This document shows positions 24,583 to 38,982 of a stretch of DNA of 64,000 nt, piece by piece. Each line of letters begins with the position of its first letter. Positions within the stretch are counted from its first letter, which is position 1. This stretch comes from Camelus dromedarius. Lineage: Eukaryota. The stretch spans positions 11,966,001 through 12,030,000 of the forward strand of contig NC_087436.1 of the NCBI RefSeq assembly GCF_036321535.1, written 5' to 3'. The position numbers and the translations under genes are program-made. The notes under the pieces are model-generated. The model was not told the origin of the DNA. It worked only from the letters and a program-made list of their open reading frames with translations, and did not search any database.

Positions 24583-27500
24583 GTAAACACTACTAAAATA
24601 GTTCCAGAATAACTATACGTACCCCTCTGTGTCTCTTTCGTGAGTTACTGAATACTGACTGGACTTGGCACCCTAATGCTAATTGCTTTAGGTTGCAGCC
24701 AGCTGCCAGCTGCCTGGACTTCTTCAAGTCTCAGCCTGTGGAGGACGTGCGATCCCCTGATATGTAAATAAAAGGGGCTTGAACTCCCAGTGTGTTCCCT
24801 AGGAAACTGATGGCAATTTCTCCTACTCATCTTTTCCTCTAACTTTTTTTCAATGAAGTTTTAAGTTTTCGTGGGTCTTGCCACTACCTGCTGTGGCCTC
24901 CTCTCTTCTCCATGTCATGGGAGTGCAGCCACTCTTCATTTCCTCCAACACTTTCATATGATGTGGTAAGAGGTACATTCTTGATGATTTGTGGGTCATT
25001 TACAGGTTGGGAAGGGGCTACCTCTAAGAAAGTTATTTCCTTGGCTGTTTAAGTTACACAGCATAGCCCAACATTTAAAAAAATCTCAACAGTAAATATT
25101 AAACATCTTTGTTTCTAAAATTCTGTCAGCCACCCCTTTTTCCAGGTGGCACTGCTCTAAGACTGTTCTCTCCCCTTGAACCCCTGCCGTGTCCTTTGCC
25201 CTCTGCTGGTCTGACTTCTTCCCCTCTTCAGTCCTCTGCCTCCTCTCTATTCTGCCCCTAACCCTTTCCTTCTTGAGCTACTGTTGGAAATCCAAATTTA
25301 TTTTTATGGAGTAAAATTTAATTATTTTTTCTCAGTCTTCAACCATCCTATATGCAGAGAGGCTGTCTTTTTACAACCAAAGTCAGCAACCATGCTTATA
25401 AAAGAGAATTCTCTTCCTGAAGAATTCTGCCAACAGCTCTTCAACTTTGTGCCCTATGTGTGCCCATAACCATACGGTCAGTTAAGTGGCAGAGCCAAGG
25501 TGTGACTGTAGGTGTGATAAACCCCTCTGTGGTGGCCCTGGATGTGACTTGCTTCCTCTGGGAGTTTTAAAACTGACCCAGCAGATTCTCCTCGGCTCTC
25601 TTGATCAGCACATGCTACTAAGGAGTCATATGCTTTCCCTTCATTGTAGAAGACCGTCCAATAGCATTTTCTTCCTCGTACTATTAGTGGATATGTACTT
25701 ATTTATTTCCACGTGGTAGGACCCATCTATGGCTTTTGATGTGTGTAGGAATAGAAAAATCAGAAAACAGCCCAAATAGCTGTTTGTTCATGTTCCTTAA
25801 TGCCTTTAATAGTGATGATACGATCCTCTGGCTACTTTTTGACCCTGTTTTCTGCCAAGAAATAAAATAATCTGAGTAATAAAAAATGTCTTAAGTACGT
25901 CATGATTGCCATAATAATATAGTGGACAGTGGAGCCAAATCTCCTCTTCGCGTGCAGGGGATCTAGAAACTCTTTCAGTTCCAGGAAAAGGAGAAATATT
26001 CCTCTCCTGGTTTTCTAAAGTAAGTGTTGCTCCGTGAGGCAGGATGGTGCTCTCCAGCAACACAACACACGCAGTTCTTTACTAAGCTTGGCGGTTCCGC
26101 AGAGTCAGCAGGGATGGCTGGTTACCCAGCGTGAGTTAGAGACATTCTATCCTCAAATTGCTGGGAGGTGAATTGTGAGCCTCAGGAGGTAAGGCTTTGG
26201 GATACTGTAATATGATTGGGGAAATAGACACCATTAAATCAATTAATGAAAAGTACCTTGAGATAGGTGAACTTGCCCATGTTATGAAAAGAAACAACAC
26301 AATCCCAAGGAAGGGACCTGGGGAGAAATTAAGTTTTTATTTGGGGCACATACCATCTCACATCACATCTTGCTATATGCACTCAGATGTTTGCCTCAGG
26401 GAACCACTTAGATAGCAAGGGGGTTGGAACAGAAAAAGTCATTTCAGCATTGGCAACCAAAGGGAGTTATTTTTTGTTGTTGAGTTTTGTCTATAATTTG
26501 TGGATGGGTATTGAAAGGCCTTTATAATGAATCAAAGTGTAAAACTTTTAGAGAAACATTTGCAAAATACTTTTAGAAAAATGAAGGTGTTCTTTTCCAA
26601 GACAATATTTTCCCATAAGTTTCAATAATGTGCATTCATTCAGTTTAGTGGCATACCTTGGGCTAAATTATTACCAGTTTTTATTAAAAACTAATTTTCA
26701 GAATTTTATCAATCCAGCATCTGGAATATTGTGCATTTGAACTTGCATTTTTCTGTAGGTAGGTAACCCAATTATAATAATTATATTTTGGAAAATTTAT
26801 TACATTCTCCTTTGCTGCTCATTTATTTTACCTGCTGTTGTAGCTTAGGGTGAATTGTTGAGAGTCAGAGAGACTAAGAAGGTATTTTCCAATCTCATTG
26901 CTATGTGGGTATATAATGTTTTAGAATATAAATTCTCATCCATTTTTTAATATATAGACAACAAATCAAATTCTATGAAGATATTAGTAAAATGAAAAAA
27001 AAAACCCACAACACTTAAAATGGAAAAATAAAAAAGGGGTCTTTTGGTATCTATTTCTCTGTTGTCCTTTTTTTGTTATGGTCAACTTAAGTCCCTTTCT
27101 TTATTTCTATTTAAAGAGATTTATTAGTAAGGCAAGAAAGTAAAAATTTGGGCATAAACTATATTAAGATATAAAAGAAAGAAAAGGAGGAAAGTGAAAA
27201 TTTACTGCTCCCCTGGAATAACATTTTGCTGGGGTCGTGGAGCTATGGAATGTTCAGCGTCCCCAGATAAATTCCCAGCACTCAGGAAGAGTGAATTTAT
27301 GAATCTGGCTCATCTTCAAGAGAATTATTCCATTCTGTATTTTGAAATGCTTCCTTCTATGAAATTAAATTAATTTGGGAGGATTAGTCACAGTTCGTCA
27401 TGATGCTTACAGGAAACACGAACCGTTAAAAGCAGCTCTCCTCTCAGTTTTATTATCATCCGAACCGTTTTCTAAACACAGGAAACCCCTAAAGCCTTAA

Positions 27501-30500
27501 AATTAAAAATTGGACTGAAAGACTCATTACTGAAGAGATGACTTAGGTTGTGTATGGCAGGTATCTGTGCTGATTGACTGGGCACATCCTACTCAGCCTT
27601 TACAACTGTGGAACCTGAATTCACAAGCTTAGTCCTGGAGAGACCCATGCAAACGGGAGAGAGAGGCTTGCTCACTTAGAGTTCATTGGTAAATACTTGT
27701 CGCCCTACACCTTTTTTTGTTGTTGTTGTCTGTGATTAATGCCTTTGTGCATCCCTTCATATTCATTCTCTCTCTCTGTATATCTGTATCTACTGATTCT
27801 ATATATCTGTGTAATTTATCCTGTCTACGCAAACACACACATGTGTACACATAAGCACACGTACATATATCTATTTACATATGTACACCCATGTGGGAGG
27901 GTGTTTGTTCTCCTCACTCTGTAGCATTTAACATTTTTAAAAAACTTACAAAAGACTATTGCATACCAGTGAGAAAATTACGTGATTGACGTACTGAAGT
28001 TATTTTTAATAGTGAGAGGCATGTAAGCTGTTCAGTTCATTCTGAGCGTGATTGATTGGCTCATCCCCTCAATGGATGCAGAGCAGGATATTATGGGCTT
28101 TCCTCTGCCTCCCTGAGTTATGATTTATACCTTCCTGACAAATTTATTTGGAAAATAATTGAATGACTTCATTTCTGTATTTACGTATAAGTAATAAAGC
28201 ATAATTGAAGACACTTAGGGTACTGGAGAGCTGGTCTTCACGAGGGGACAGAATTCACTCTTCAGCGGCTTTATCCAGCACTGTGGTGGCCCTGTAGAAG
28301 GAGGGGTTAATCCCTACTCATTGGGTTTTAACACGGGCCCTAGCATTTCCACACTCATTTACCAGCCTCCGATTTTTTTTTTTCCCAAACATGGTTCTAA
28401 AATGTTATCTGTTTCTCCTTACCTTCAATTCAGGAAGAGAATGAAATGTGTCTCAGGTCTGACATCTCTGAATTCTTCAGGAGTACTGGCAATGGGCCAC
28501 AGAGTTCATAAAAAGTGTGCCGCCTTGTTGTGCAAATGAAATCTGTATCCATATGAATAGATCGTGGGAAAAACTTTTTAGAGGATCACAGGGAGAAAGG
28601 GCACTTTTAAAGAGGAGAGTTTTTCTAACATCTATAAGGGATTTAAATAATGATCAATACCAAGAGATATTTGATCTCCACATATTTTTTGAAGAGCAAA
28701 GGAAACGCTGGAGTTAATGGGCAGGGTCACAGCACTAAGAATCTTGTGTCGCCATTAATACCTTGTATGGACATCTACGTTGTTTTATCAGAGCCGGGCA
28801 GCGTCAGCGAGTGAGCAGAAATGGAGGTTCAAATCATAAGCAATGCTGACCAGCGTGGTAACTTCAAAATGAGTTTTGCTTTTCTTTTCTCAGTTAGTGC
28901 CCACAGCACTCAGCTGACGCGTTCCTTTCTGTTTCTGAAAGTATTGTCTCTCCACAACTCAGGATTGAAAGGTTTTTGTTAAGAATAAAAATAGACCAGT
29001 CACTGTCCCAGGCTTCTCACCATGAGTCCGGGGTAAGTCTGATTTATGGCTTCAGCTCTGCTGTTGGACAGAGGCCTCAGCCCATCGGAACACTCCGGAG
29101 CTGTGGGAGAGGGGAGGGACTGTGGTCCACCACACCCGGGGAGTTCCAAGGCCTGGTCTGCTTTCGGCCAGACACAAATGTTAACAGTTTGTTAGGCTGA
29201 GAACCTAAGTATGAGTTCCAAATGGTGTCCTGATGAGTTAAGACCATATGAAGAATCAGACCTCCTCAAAAATTCTGTCAGTTACATGTGACTGTTTTGT
29301 GGAAAATAAGTCAATTGCAGTGTTCCCCATTTTGCTCCAAAGTAAAACAAAGGACCCCCCCCCCGCCTCCTTTTACAATATCAATAGAAAATGGAGCATA
29401 ATGGAAAGCCAAATTGATCATTTGTTATTTTTAGGTAAGACGATTTTACAACTTGGTTTTGGCAGGACTTTTTCAGTTTACTCTGATGTCCTGGCATAGT
29501 TATTAATAAGCCCCCTTTGAATCTCAAACATACACAAGTTTAGACAATAAATGCGATAGTCATCCTACTTTTAAATATATATTTTCTTATTTGCAGGTAG
29601 GCATAATATCTTAAAATAGAGCTATGCAGCAAACAGGTTAGGATTTCAAAAGATGTAGGAATCAGCTTTTTGAAACTCCTCCCACCAGTTGAAAGCCTCC
29701 CTACCAGCCCAGAGAAGCTCACCCTGGAACGGCCACATTCCTAGGGGCTAATATGTCACATAAAAATTATACCAAAGGAGCTTCTGTGGTCTTACTCATA
29801 TTGTATTCCTAATAAATTAATTCAATGGCAATGCTAAAAATTTTTTTTTTTGTATAAGAGGAGGACAAGGAATTCTCCTTTTCTATACATTTTTCATTCA
29901 TATATGAATAGGAAGGCTTCCTGGAAGAAGCGATTCTCAGTGTGAAGTAAGAGGTTCTTTTCAACTGAATGAAATACAGAGGTAGTTGACATAGGAGACG
30001 GGAGGGGGTGGTTGGTAGAAGAGGTAATATCTGCTTCCCTGATATTATTGTAAGGAATAAATGCAAGTAATGGTGTATAAAAGGAACTTTGAAAACTTGG
30101 GAGCCCTTTTCAAATACAAAATATGTGGTAGTCATGGTATTTGGTCTTTTACCCCCTAATTTTTCATGAAACACATTTTGTAATTGATTATTCATTTGGT
30201 GCTACTTTTGAATGTGAAAATATCTTGTTATAAGAGCACATATTTTAAAAAGTAATAAATGACCTTAAACCACATTTTAAAACCATACATTTTCTTTATT
30301 ACTTATGACCTCTTACATCAAAAAATGTTTTACTTCTCATTCAAGCAACTTAGAATCGTGACGCTCTTTGTAAACTCAGGTTTTAAACAAGTCTCACTTC
30401 CATTAATTACAAACCATGAAATATGTCGTCAGAGCATCTGTGTCTTGTGCACCTCTTTTAAATCCATACAACTCTTCAACTCCACTTTCTCAATAAGAGG

Positions 30501-31508
30501 GAAAGTCAGTTCATTCTTTTAGAAAGATAATCGACTCGTATCCTAAAGAAACGTAAGTACACATTCCTCAGCTCCACAAATGTCAGAAGTCTAGAATAAA
30601 AGTATTGCTTCCCTAAAATAGACTTTAATCCTAAACCGTTCCTTCAAAGTTTGTTTTAATTAGGCTAGAGATACAAATGAGGCAAACTATTATGTCTTCT
30701 TCGAATTCCCAAAGGAATCTTTTGCTTGGTTTCAGGTGGTTACATCTTGCTATGAATCATTAAGAAAACTTCCACTGATCTGTGACATAATATTTTAACC
30801 CCATGGAGGTTTACAACTATAATTTACAATGTTAAGGTTAAAAGACTCATTTCAATAGAGCATTAAAATTACATATAGATATTCTGCTAATTAAGAAAAA
30901 AAACAAGCAGACAAATTTATAACAAGCACTTTGTGTATCCAAGAGAAATTATATAGGGGAAGCAGCCTTCCTGCAGATGATTTAGATACGTCTAGAGAAT
31001 TAGATAATGTGGATAATGGACCCAGAAAATATTTCTTCTCCACCCCAGAGTATTTCTCTGTTTCTATCATTGTCACTTCATAAATCACTTCTGGCATTTA
31101 AGTAAAGTGTATTTCTTACTGCCGCTTTTCCCTTACTTGCGAACTCACATTACCCAGCTTACTGACTTTGCTTCTCCTTCAGTTGCCTGACCTCTTCTCC
31201 TGTCCTCTCTGCTTCTTGGGTACTGATAGGTTTATTTGCTTCCCTCCAAATGTTCTGAAAGGTAGCTGTCCTAGGTGTTTTTTGAAAATTCAAAGAATTG
31301 TATCCTTAGTCACTTAAAATTATATAATGTATCCAGTGTCCTTTAGTTATTTTTCTAGGCCTCCATCATCTTCTTAATGGTACTTTATATGTCATTTGAA
31401 TATCATTTATGTTACATAATATGAACAATCATAATGGTTCAGGTGCAGCTACGTGGACATCACCATGGCAAACTACCCAGTTTGCACAATTTCGATACTC
31501 ATTCTTTT

Positions 31509-31722
31509 AGTGCTGTCCAATAGAACTTTCTGCCATGATGGAAATATTCTGTAACGGCTCTGCCCAACATGGGAGCCATTGGCCACATATGGCTGTTGAG
31601 CCCTTGAAATTTATGTAGTGCAACTGAAGAACCAAATTTTAAGCTTAATTTAACTTTAATTAATTTGAATATGAATATCCACACATGGTGTGGCTGGTGG
31701 CCACCATACCGGAGAGTAGCAA
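31509..31722 (+). mobile_element. MER3 (hAT-Charlie MITE)
   Basis: agtgctgtccaatagaactttctgccatgatggaaatattctg...ccacatatggctgttgagcccttgaaat matches the recalled MER3 consensus. Confidence 0.85.
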
Positions 31723-34189
31723 GGACTCCTGTTTTTCTAGCTTCATTTAATTAACACCTCTGTCAAGAAGTGTTGACCCTCTTATCTAACACGGCACTAC
31801 ATTGATGAAACCCATCTTCTGCTCTTTCTCAGCTTTACATGAAGAGACCTCCAGAGCAACCTGGAGAAGGATGTTACAAGATTTATGAATAAGTGAATAA
31901 GTCAACCAGTGCATTACCGTATTGAGAAAATGCCATCCCCTCCGTGAAGCCGTCTCTGACCTTTCTCACGTGTATTCTCCTCTTGGCCCTGCTCAGTGGT
32001 CCCTTCCCTCTTCTCAAATCCCACATCTACGTATGCTCCTTTCCCAGTTCTTGTCAGAGTCTACCCTGGATTACAGTTATTTGTGTACCTGTTTTACCTC
32101 CTCTTCTAGACACTTTGAGGATAAGACTCAGAACATAAGCCTGGAAGATCTTCTCATCTCTCCGAGAACCCAGCATAGCGACTTTCATAGCCAATCTTGC
32201 CCAAGTGGTAGATATATGAAATCTCTGCCTTCCTGTGGAGGCTAACAATCTGACAGTGACCATCAGTTGGAGGCCTCTGAGAGTCTGCACTGTGTGGTCA
32301 GACCTTGGATGAGGTGCATGACCTCATTCTGGAAAGGTCACCTTTGATTTCTACTCGCAGGTGGCTCTGTGAGCTCTGATCTCACATTCATTTGACACAG
32401 CCATCCTCTGTATCCAGCTTGAATATTTCCTCTACTTTGTTCTATTTCTCTCTTTTGCCATTTTTGTTTCTAAAACTCACAGCACTGCGACGAGCCCTTG
32501 GCTCCTAAAGCAAATCACCTTTGGTGGGAGGGCTGCTGTCTTCAGATTTACATTTTTACAGGGCGTTACAGTAAACTGGTAGTGACCACTAGGACCCACT
32601 GAAGGAAACCCCACTGTATTCTTTTTTACCATTAAATCTTCAGCTAATTCCTTTCCAGACTGATTCTTCAGTGTCTAAAAAGCAATCTGTAGCAGTTATA
32701 ACTTGGTACAACCATGGTGTAGTTAGAGAAACAACCACACAGTGAATATAACTGTTGCAGGCCAGGTGAACACACATTGTTTAATGGCTTCTCTGGTCGT
32801 TAACGGCCACAGTATGGTGGCATCACAAATGCAGTGCTATTTCCATGTTAGTTTCTGAACTGTCTCTGTTGAACATCTGTGTGCTCAGAATTATCCGTGC
32901 TCTGTCCCTCTGACCTGTTTCGTTTGATCTTTTCTGGATGTGATTTTTTTTTAGCCACTAAATCTAAGTTCAGGGTGTGAATCACACGGGTGATGATAGA
33001 TAATTGGACAGGGAACTTATCAGAGGCATGAGAGCATCAGAGATCCCATGTTCTCAAAGGAAATCATTTTTTTTTTTCGAAAAAAAGAAAGTAATATTGG
33101 GAAGGGATTTTTTTTTTTTAATTTTCCTGGAGAAAGTAATTAGATTTTGCAAAGAAATTCTGTTTCAAAAATGGGTCAAATGTTTTAACAAAGTGCTTAA
33201 GATTACGGAGCTAAACAGTAAAATCATAATATTTTCTCAATACTTCATGGGTCTTTTAAAAGCACATATTAGGGAACTGGATGTGTGAAGGCTGTGTCCG
33301 TCCTTCGCTGTGGGACACTCCCCTGGGATGGAACTCACAGTGCTCGGTAGCTACATGCTTTCATGCATAATGGCTCAATACAATTTTAGAAAATGAAATC
33401 AGGAAACATATTTTCCAACACCATGGCACTGTCTTTTAGAACTATTACTTTTAGGTTTATAAGTGTAATATGCAATCTCTTGATTGTGGAAAGCAGAGAA
33501 GAGGATTTTTTTTTTTGGCCCAACTATAGAAGAGTTTCTTTTCCCACGCACATTATCAAAGCGTTTGCATTTAAAGAACACAACCAAAGTAAAACGTGTA
33601 TTTGTCCCCAAAGAGCACATGCCAAACATGGTGAGACACGAATGGTTTTTACAGTGTGCTGATAGAGTTTTAAAACACAGTGGACAGAAAGTACTCTCTT
33701 AGATTCATTCAACAGTTCGTCCAGCCTTGGCCCTGGTCCTGGTATAGTAACGTTGAATCCAACAAAATAAACAGTATATTGGTGAATGGAAGATATCAGA
33801 GTGCCTCACATATGTTTTAGTTTTACTCAATAAATGTCTGTGTAACTATTTCCAATTAAAGTTTCAGATAAATATTATTTAAAAAATAAAGATTTTAGAA
33901 TTGTTAGCTATAGATTTATTCATACATACTGCAATATTGGTTAGAACTGAAAATACTTTACATAATACCATCTTACTCAACTTTATGATGTTGCCAAATG
34001 GAAAAAAAAATTGCCTTAAAAATAGGCAGTTTCAAATGGAAATGTATTTTTTCTGAAAATATATTTTTTCTGAATCTTGCCTACACTAGCTAATTCTTTA
34101 CCAGTCCTTAAACCTTCTTCCTTATTAGTTTATTACTAGCAGAATTAATCAGCATATGACTTAAGAGCAGACAGTTTGATAAATAGTTG

Positions 34190-34490
34190 ACCTAAGGGTT
34201 TCATTTGGCCCCAAACTTAAAATGAGTCAACAGCGTGACATGGATGTTGAGAAAATTGAATCTTACATGGCGTTAACAGAAGTATCATCTCCAGATGTTC
34301 ACACAATACTCTGGAAATACTAAAAGGACGTTGACAAAATGATGAGTTTTCCCAGGAGGAGTGACCAAAAGGGTGGGAGATTTATAAGCTTTATTATATG
34401 AAGAATGGTTGATGGAATGGCACATGTAGAAGTGGAAAAATTAGAAATGTTGGTGGCTATAGTTACTTTTTTCAAATATATACTACATCT
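34190..34490 (+). mobile_element. L3/CR1 LINE fragment
   Basis: aaatgagtcaacagcgtgacatgg...ggacgttgacaaaat...caggaggagtgaccaaa...tatgaagaatggttgatggaa is typical of the L3 3' region. Confidence 0.7.
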
Positions 34491-35195
34491 ACCTCCATAT
34501 CTACATCTTATTACTGGGAGAGTGGACTTAACAATATATATTTTTTTAAATCTCTGAGCCATATTTGTTATTTGGGCCAGAACCCTGAGCAAGTCTAGAC
34601 TGGGGCTAAGAAGTTACAAATGAGAGAGTGGTATGGGGGAGTTAGGGCAGGGATCTCGACTAGTTGTGGCCTGGTTTGGGTCCCAGAATATACAAGAGCC
34701 AGGCAGGCAAGCAGGAGGCTGAGCAAAACCATCAAAGACAAGGTACAAGGACATGGTCCCAGAGCCCTTACATCAAGAAATCACCCTTTGCCTCCAGGAA
34801 GAAAGGTCTTGTTGGAGCCCACACATGGAAGCAGGAAGGCAGGAGCTGGGGCAGTGACGCCAGCAGCTGGCTTCCCCTCCGCGCACTGGCAGCACTGGGC
34901 TGCAAGGTACTTGACACGTTGTTTAATACTAGGGATTCATACAGCTGTGTTCTTATCCAAACAGTTCACAGTACCAAAGTCCTGCTGAGAATAGCTTTCC
35001 ACAAGCAGCTGGGCATCATGACTTCCTATAGCTTTCTGTGACACGATACTTCCCTTCAAGTGCCCCACCAGGCTGTTGAGAGTAAGCCTTAAACACTGCA
35101 GACAACTGGGGTGCCAGGACACCAAATGCTCTTCAATGTGGTCCTGTTTTTTTAATTTGAATCTTGAGTAGTTTTACACCTGACATTTATCAGTA

Positions 35196-35306
35196 CAGTT
35201 GGCCCTCTGTATCCAAAGGTTCTGCATCTGTGGATTCAACCAACAGCGGATCAAAGATTTGGTTGAATCCACAGATGCAGGAGCCGAGGGTCCTTAGGGC
35301 TGACTG
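35196..35306. mobile_element. Tigger/MER2-type palindromic MITE
   Basis: TA|cagttggccctctgtatcc ... agggctgactg termini. Perfect 22-bp internal inverted repeat at 35222-35243 / 35259-35280. Confidence 0.8.
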
Positions 35307-35479
35307 TCCGTGCAACCAGACAGGCAACAGAAATCATTGGATCGAGGTAAAAGGAGCCTAAGACCTTATTTGACCCTCATTAATCAACTGTATTCATTGC
35401 TCCAAGTTAGAATTAATTGGTACTTTTCGTATAATTTGCATTCTTGTTGGGTACCTTGAGAGATTTTCCCTCATTTTTT

Positions 35480-36036
35480 GCTTTTCAATCCATTCTTTAC
35501 CTTGCCATCAGAGTTAATGTTTTAAAGGCCAGACATAGCTATGCCATCTCTTTGCTAAAAATTACCTGCGGTTCCTCATGGGATCAAGTCAGGCTTCTCA
35601 GGAAAGCAGTCAAGCAGTGTGTCTCTCCCACTCTCCTGAGCTTCACATCATCCAGCTTTCATTCTTGTTATACAAATGCAGCCCCTGGGTTTGTTTTGTT
35701 CATGCTGTTTTCTATTCATGGAATACCTTTTCCCTCTGGCCACCTTTCTGCTAGATGACATACAACTTATCCTCCCTAACTGAACAAAAAAACCCCTGCC
35801 TTCTCTGGGAAGCCGGAACTCATTTTAAAAGACTAATCACGACCTCCTTCCTGCTCCTGTCTGTACCTCTGTCACTGAGCACGGTCATATTGTAGTATAA
35901 TTTTGTCCCCTGTAACTCTTTCTTCCTCTCAGACTGTGAGCATCCTAAGAGTAGGGGCAATGACACTTAATTTTGTAGTTTCAGGGTCTGGCACATAACA
36001 GATAAACACTAAGTAACTTATAAATGTTTATTGAAC
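35480..36036 (+). mobile_element. L2 3' region
   Basis: agactgtgagcatcctaagagtagggg...tctggcacataac...taaatgtttattgaac. Confidence 0.7.
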
Positions 36037-37764
36037 AGTATCTTTCAATAGTACCATTTTTGGGGTCCCTTTGGTTCTCATTGGCACTTTGGCTACCTAA
36101 ATGTTATTATACAGTTCAGATGGAATTGGCACCACTGAACAAAATCTTATAAATGGCAAGTTAAATTGCCTTGTGGCTTGCTAAAAACCTTGGAAAAGCC
36201 AAGTTCAGAAACTATATGATTCTAGGTCAGTTTAACATCAACTGGTTTCCAGAATCTCTGTGGCTTCTGTTGACAGGAGTTGCCAGTCTTGACCTTCTCT
36301 GTAGGATCAGCAATGCTCTTTGTGGGGACACCTTGATAGGAACAGCCAGGTGGTCATATAAGGAGAGTGGACATCCATGTCTTTAGCAAGATTTTTCTCC
36401 CTCGCTGCCTCCCCATCACATACTTGTGAAAACAAAAGCTGAGTGTGATCAGGGGAGGCCCAGGAGGACGTTTGTCCCCTTTAGCAAAATGAATTCCCCA
36501 CGAGTGGATGGAGATAGTGTCACAACCATATGAAATGAGCTTGGCTAATGTTGATAAACATCTGTATGATGTTTTATTATTTCATGTATTTATTATTAAA
36601 AAAAAAAACATTCTTAACACTAGAATAACTCTGGATAGCAGCCTAGACATGCATGTCACCATTAAAGTAAATACCAGGAAGGGATGATCTTGAGGCAGTT
36701 GAGAGGAGCCAGGGACAGTAAGAGCCACCCCGATCGTCAGCGTATATACATCTAGTCTTAGCTGCACAGGGCTTCACTCTTTCCTCCATCCATGTTCTCT
36801 CAGAAACAATGGCAAGCTCATATCTGACATCAAGTGTTTCCTCTTGGCTTTTGCCTGAGCTCCAGCTTATTATTTCTGGCACCTTCCTCACCAGTGCCTG
36901 GTGGTTACAGCAGCAGGGTTTGGCCAAGAGTGCCTCCGGCCAATGGGCGTAACTGGAATCGGGGCACATACGGAAGAGTTCATCTGTTTATCATTGCAGT
37001 GCCCAGCGGTGGGGCTGTTAGCGTTTACTTTCAAAACTGTCTTGCTGAGAAGTTTGAGGTTTGATCTTTTCAATTTTCCATTGGCTTAAAATTCATCACC
37101 AGAGATGTTTGGCTTTTTTTTTTTTTTTTTTTTTTAATACTATTAAAGTGTAGACTAGTCCAAACTTTCAGAGATACTGTTTGGGAAATCATTCTCCACT
37201 TGAGATTTCAGGGGGAAAAAATAAATCAAATTTATTTCAACTTCATATTTGTCTTTCATTAAAATGAGTAAGTTTATAAATATTTTGTCATTGTGTCACT
37301 TGGAGGGAATGAGTAAGTGACCTGGAGGAGAAGGTCAAACTTCTTAAAAATTTATACCAAAGTCATTCTACGCTCTGCTGGATAGAAGTTTTAAAATACA
37401 CCCCTTGTTTATAATCTTGACTACATAACCCTAAGTTAACAACAGATCCATTCCTTATTGCCCAAGGACAAAGATTTTTAGGAGGCCTAGAATTCTCATT
37501 GATCTCATTGATCTGATTTTCATCAGAGTTCACCAGTGTGGCTTTTGTTCCATGAAGAGGACATAAGATCCAAAAATAAGCAGCCTAGATTCCCAACATC
37601 CACCAAAGGGCTCCTGGTCCTCTTTGAAGAGTCCAAAAACCTCCTTTTTTTCTACCTCCTCAATTTTACATGTTCTTAAGGCTTCTGTTAAGAGTAGCCT
37701 GCTTGTGCATCTCACTTTGTGAAATGGAAAAGCTCCTGAAATAGTTAATTTACCTTTAAAAAGT

Positions 37765-37992
37765 GAGAGCTACCATTTATTGAGCACTCTCACAGTCAAG
37801 ACATGGTACTATACATCGCCTTTCATTACTTTCTTTCGTCCTCCCAGCAGCCCTACAAGATGGGGATATTATCCACATTTAGCAAGTGACAGGAGAGGCT
37901 CAGAAATGATAGATATGATTCAAGGTCACATAAGCAGTGAAATGAGCCCCTGAATCAGGATCTCAGTGTCTGACTCCAAGTTCTGTGCTTCG
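37765..37992 (-). mobile_element. MIR SINE
   Basis: agctaccatttattgagcac...gaggctcagaaa...caaggtcaca...gtctgactccaag. Confidence 0.8.
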
Positions 37993-38643
37993 CCTTCAAT
38001 AGCATGGGGCCACCACACCTTGAAATACTTCGAATATGCAAGAGAAATTGACCATTTTAAGAAATCTTAGCCCATTTTTTTTTGGGTGAATAATTAACAA
38101 AACTTTCTTTGTGTTAAAATAGTGCTTATCTATTTTCATTACTTAAAATGTTGTACACTATATGCTCTAAGAGATAATCTGTCTCTAGGATTTGTAATGT
38201 GTTGCCAAAAGGGTCCCTTAACCATGGATGGGCTTCGTAGAATTAACGACGCCCTCTGCAGTTGAAGGCACATTTTACCTGTCTTTGCAAAAATGCGTTT
38301 CCTCACGGGGACAAACGTCCACCTTTCACCATATTCCTTGAGAGAACAAGTTTAAGTATTATTGCTCTAAGTAGTTGGGAAATTTACTGCTTAAAAATGA
38401 AGAAAGATATTTCAAAAAGATTTCCACTGCTTCAGAGAAGTATTCCTTTTCCTATTGAAACAGATGGAGATTTGGGAAAAGAGGAAAGAGAAGCTGGTAA
38501 AAGACATTGAAGAGCTTTTAATATTACAATAGATCATGGGATCATCCAACTTAACCTGTAACTCCTGCACATTAGGCTTTGTCTCTATGACCAATAAAGT
38601 TAAATTTGTGTATACTTATTTGTTCATTAGAAAGTTAGTTCCA

Positions 38644-38958
38644 GGCGCCTCTCTCACTCCCTCGTCTTCGAAGATGGCCCGCACTCTGTCCATGGGGTAC
38701 GTACCTGCTTTTACTTTAAACTGAGCCCGCGACCCCCACACCTCGTGGCCTTTCTCTCGCCTTCTGAGACAGCCTGCACTCTACACAGCATGTATCTCTC
38801 TAAATAAATCTGCCTTTACTCAACTGGGGCTCGCTCTTAAATTCTTTCCCACGTGAAGCCAAGGACCCACACTTGGTGGGCTCATCCCAGGGGCTCAAAG
38901 AAGACCTGGCACACGGCCCTCCTCACTCCCCATATTCATTTTTTCTTCCCCTGTATCA
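38644..38958 (+). mobile_element. ERV1 LTR, apparently R-U5 only (no U3 or TG start)
   Basis: Starts abruptly at ggcgcctctctc right after the TSD. AATAAA at 38803-38808. Ends ...tgtatca, followed by the PBS. Confidence 0.7.
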
Positions 38959-38964
38959 TCTCTC

Positions 38965-38982
38965 TGGTGCCCATCATGGGGT
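38965..38982 (+). other. Retroviral primer-binding site, tRNA-Lys(CTT)-like
   Basis: tggtgcccatcatggggt versus the Lys1,2 PBS TGGCGCCCAACGTGGGGC, just after the LTR end. Confidence 0.55.

Noticed and set aside
34545..34790. Possible ancient Gypsy-type/ERVL LTR fragment
   Set aside because: Only a compositional resemblance; no termini or TSD I can support.
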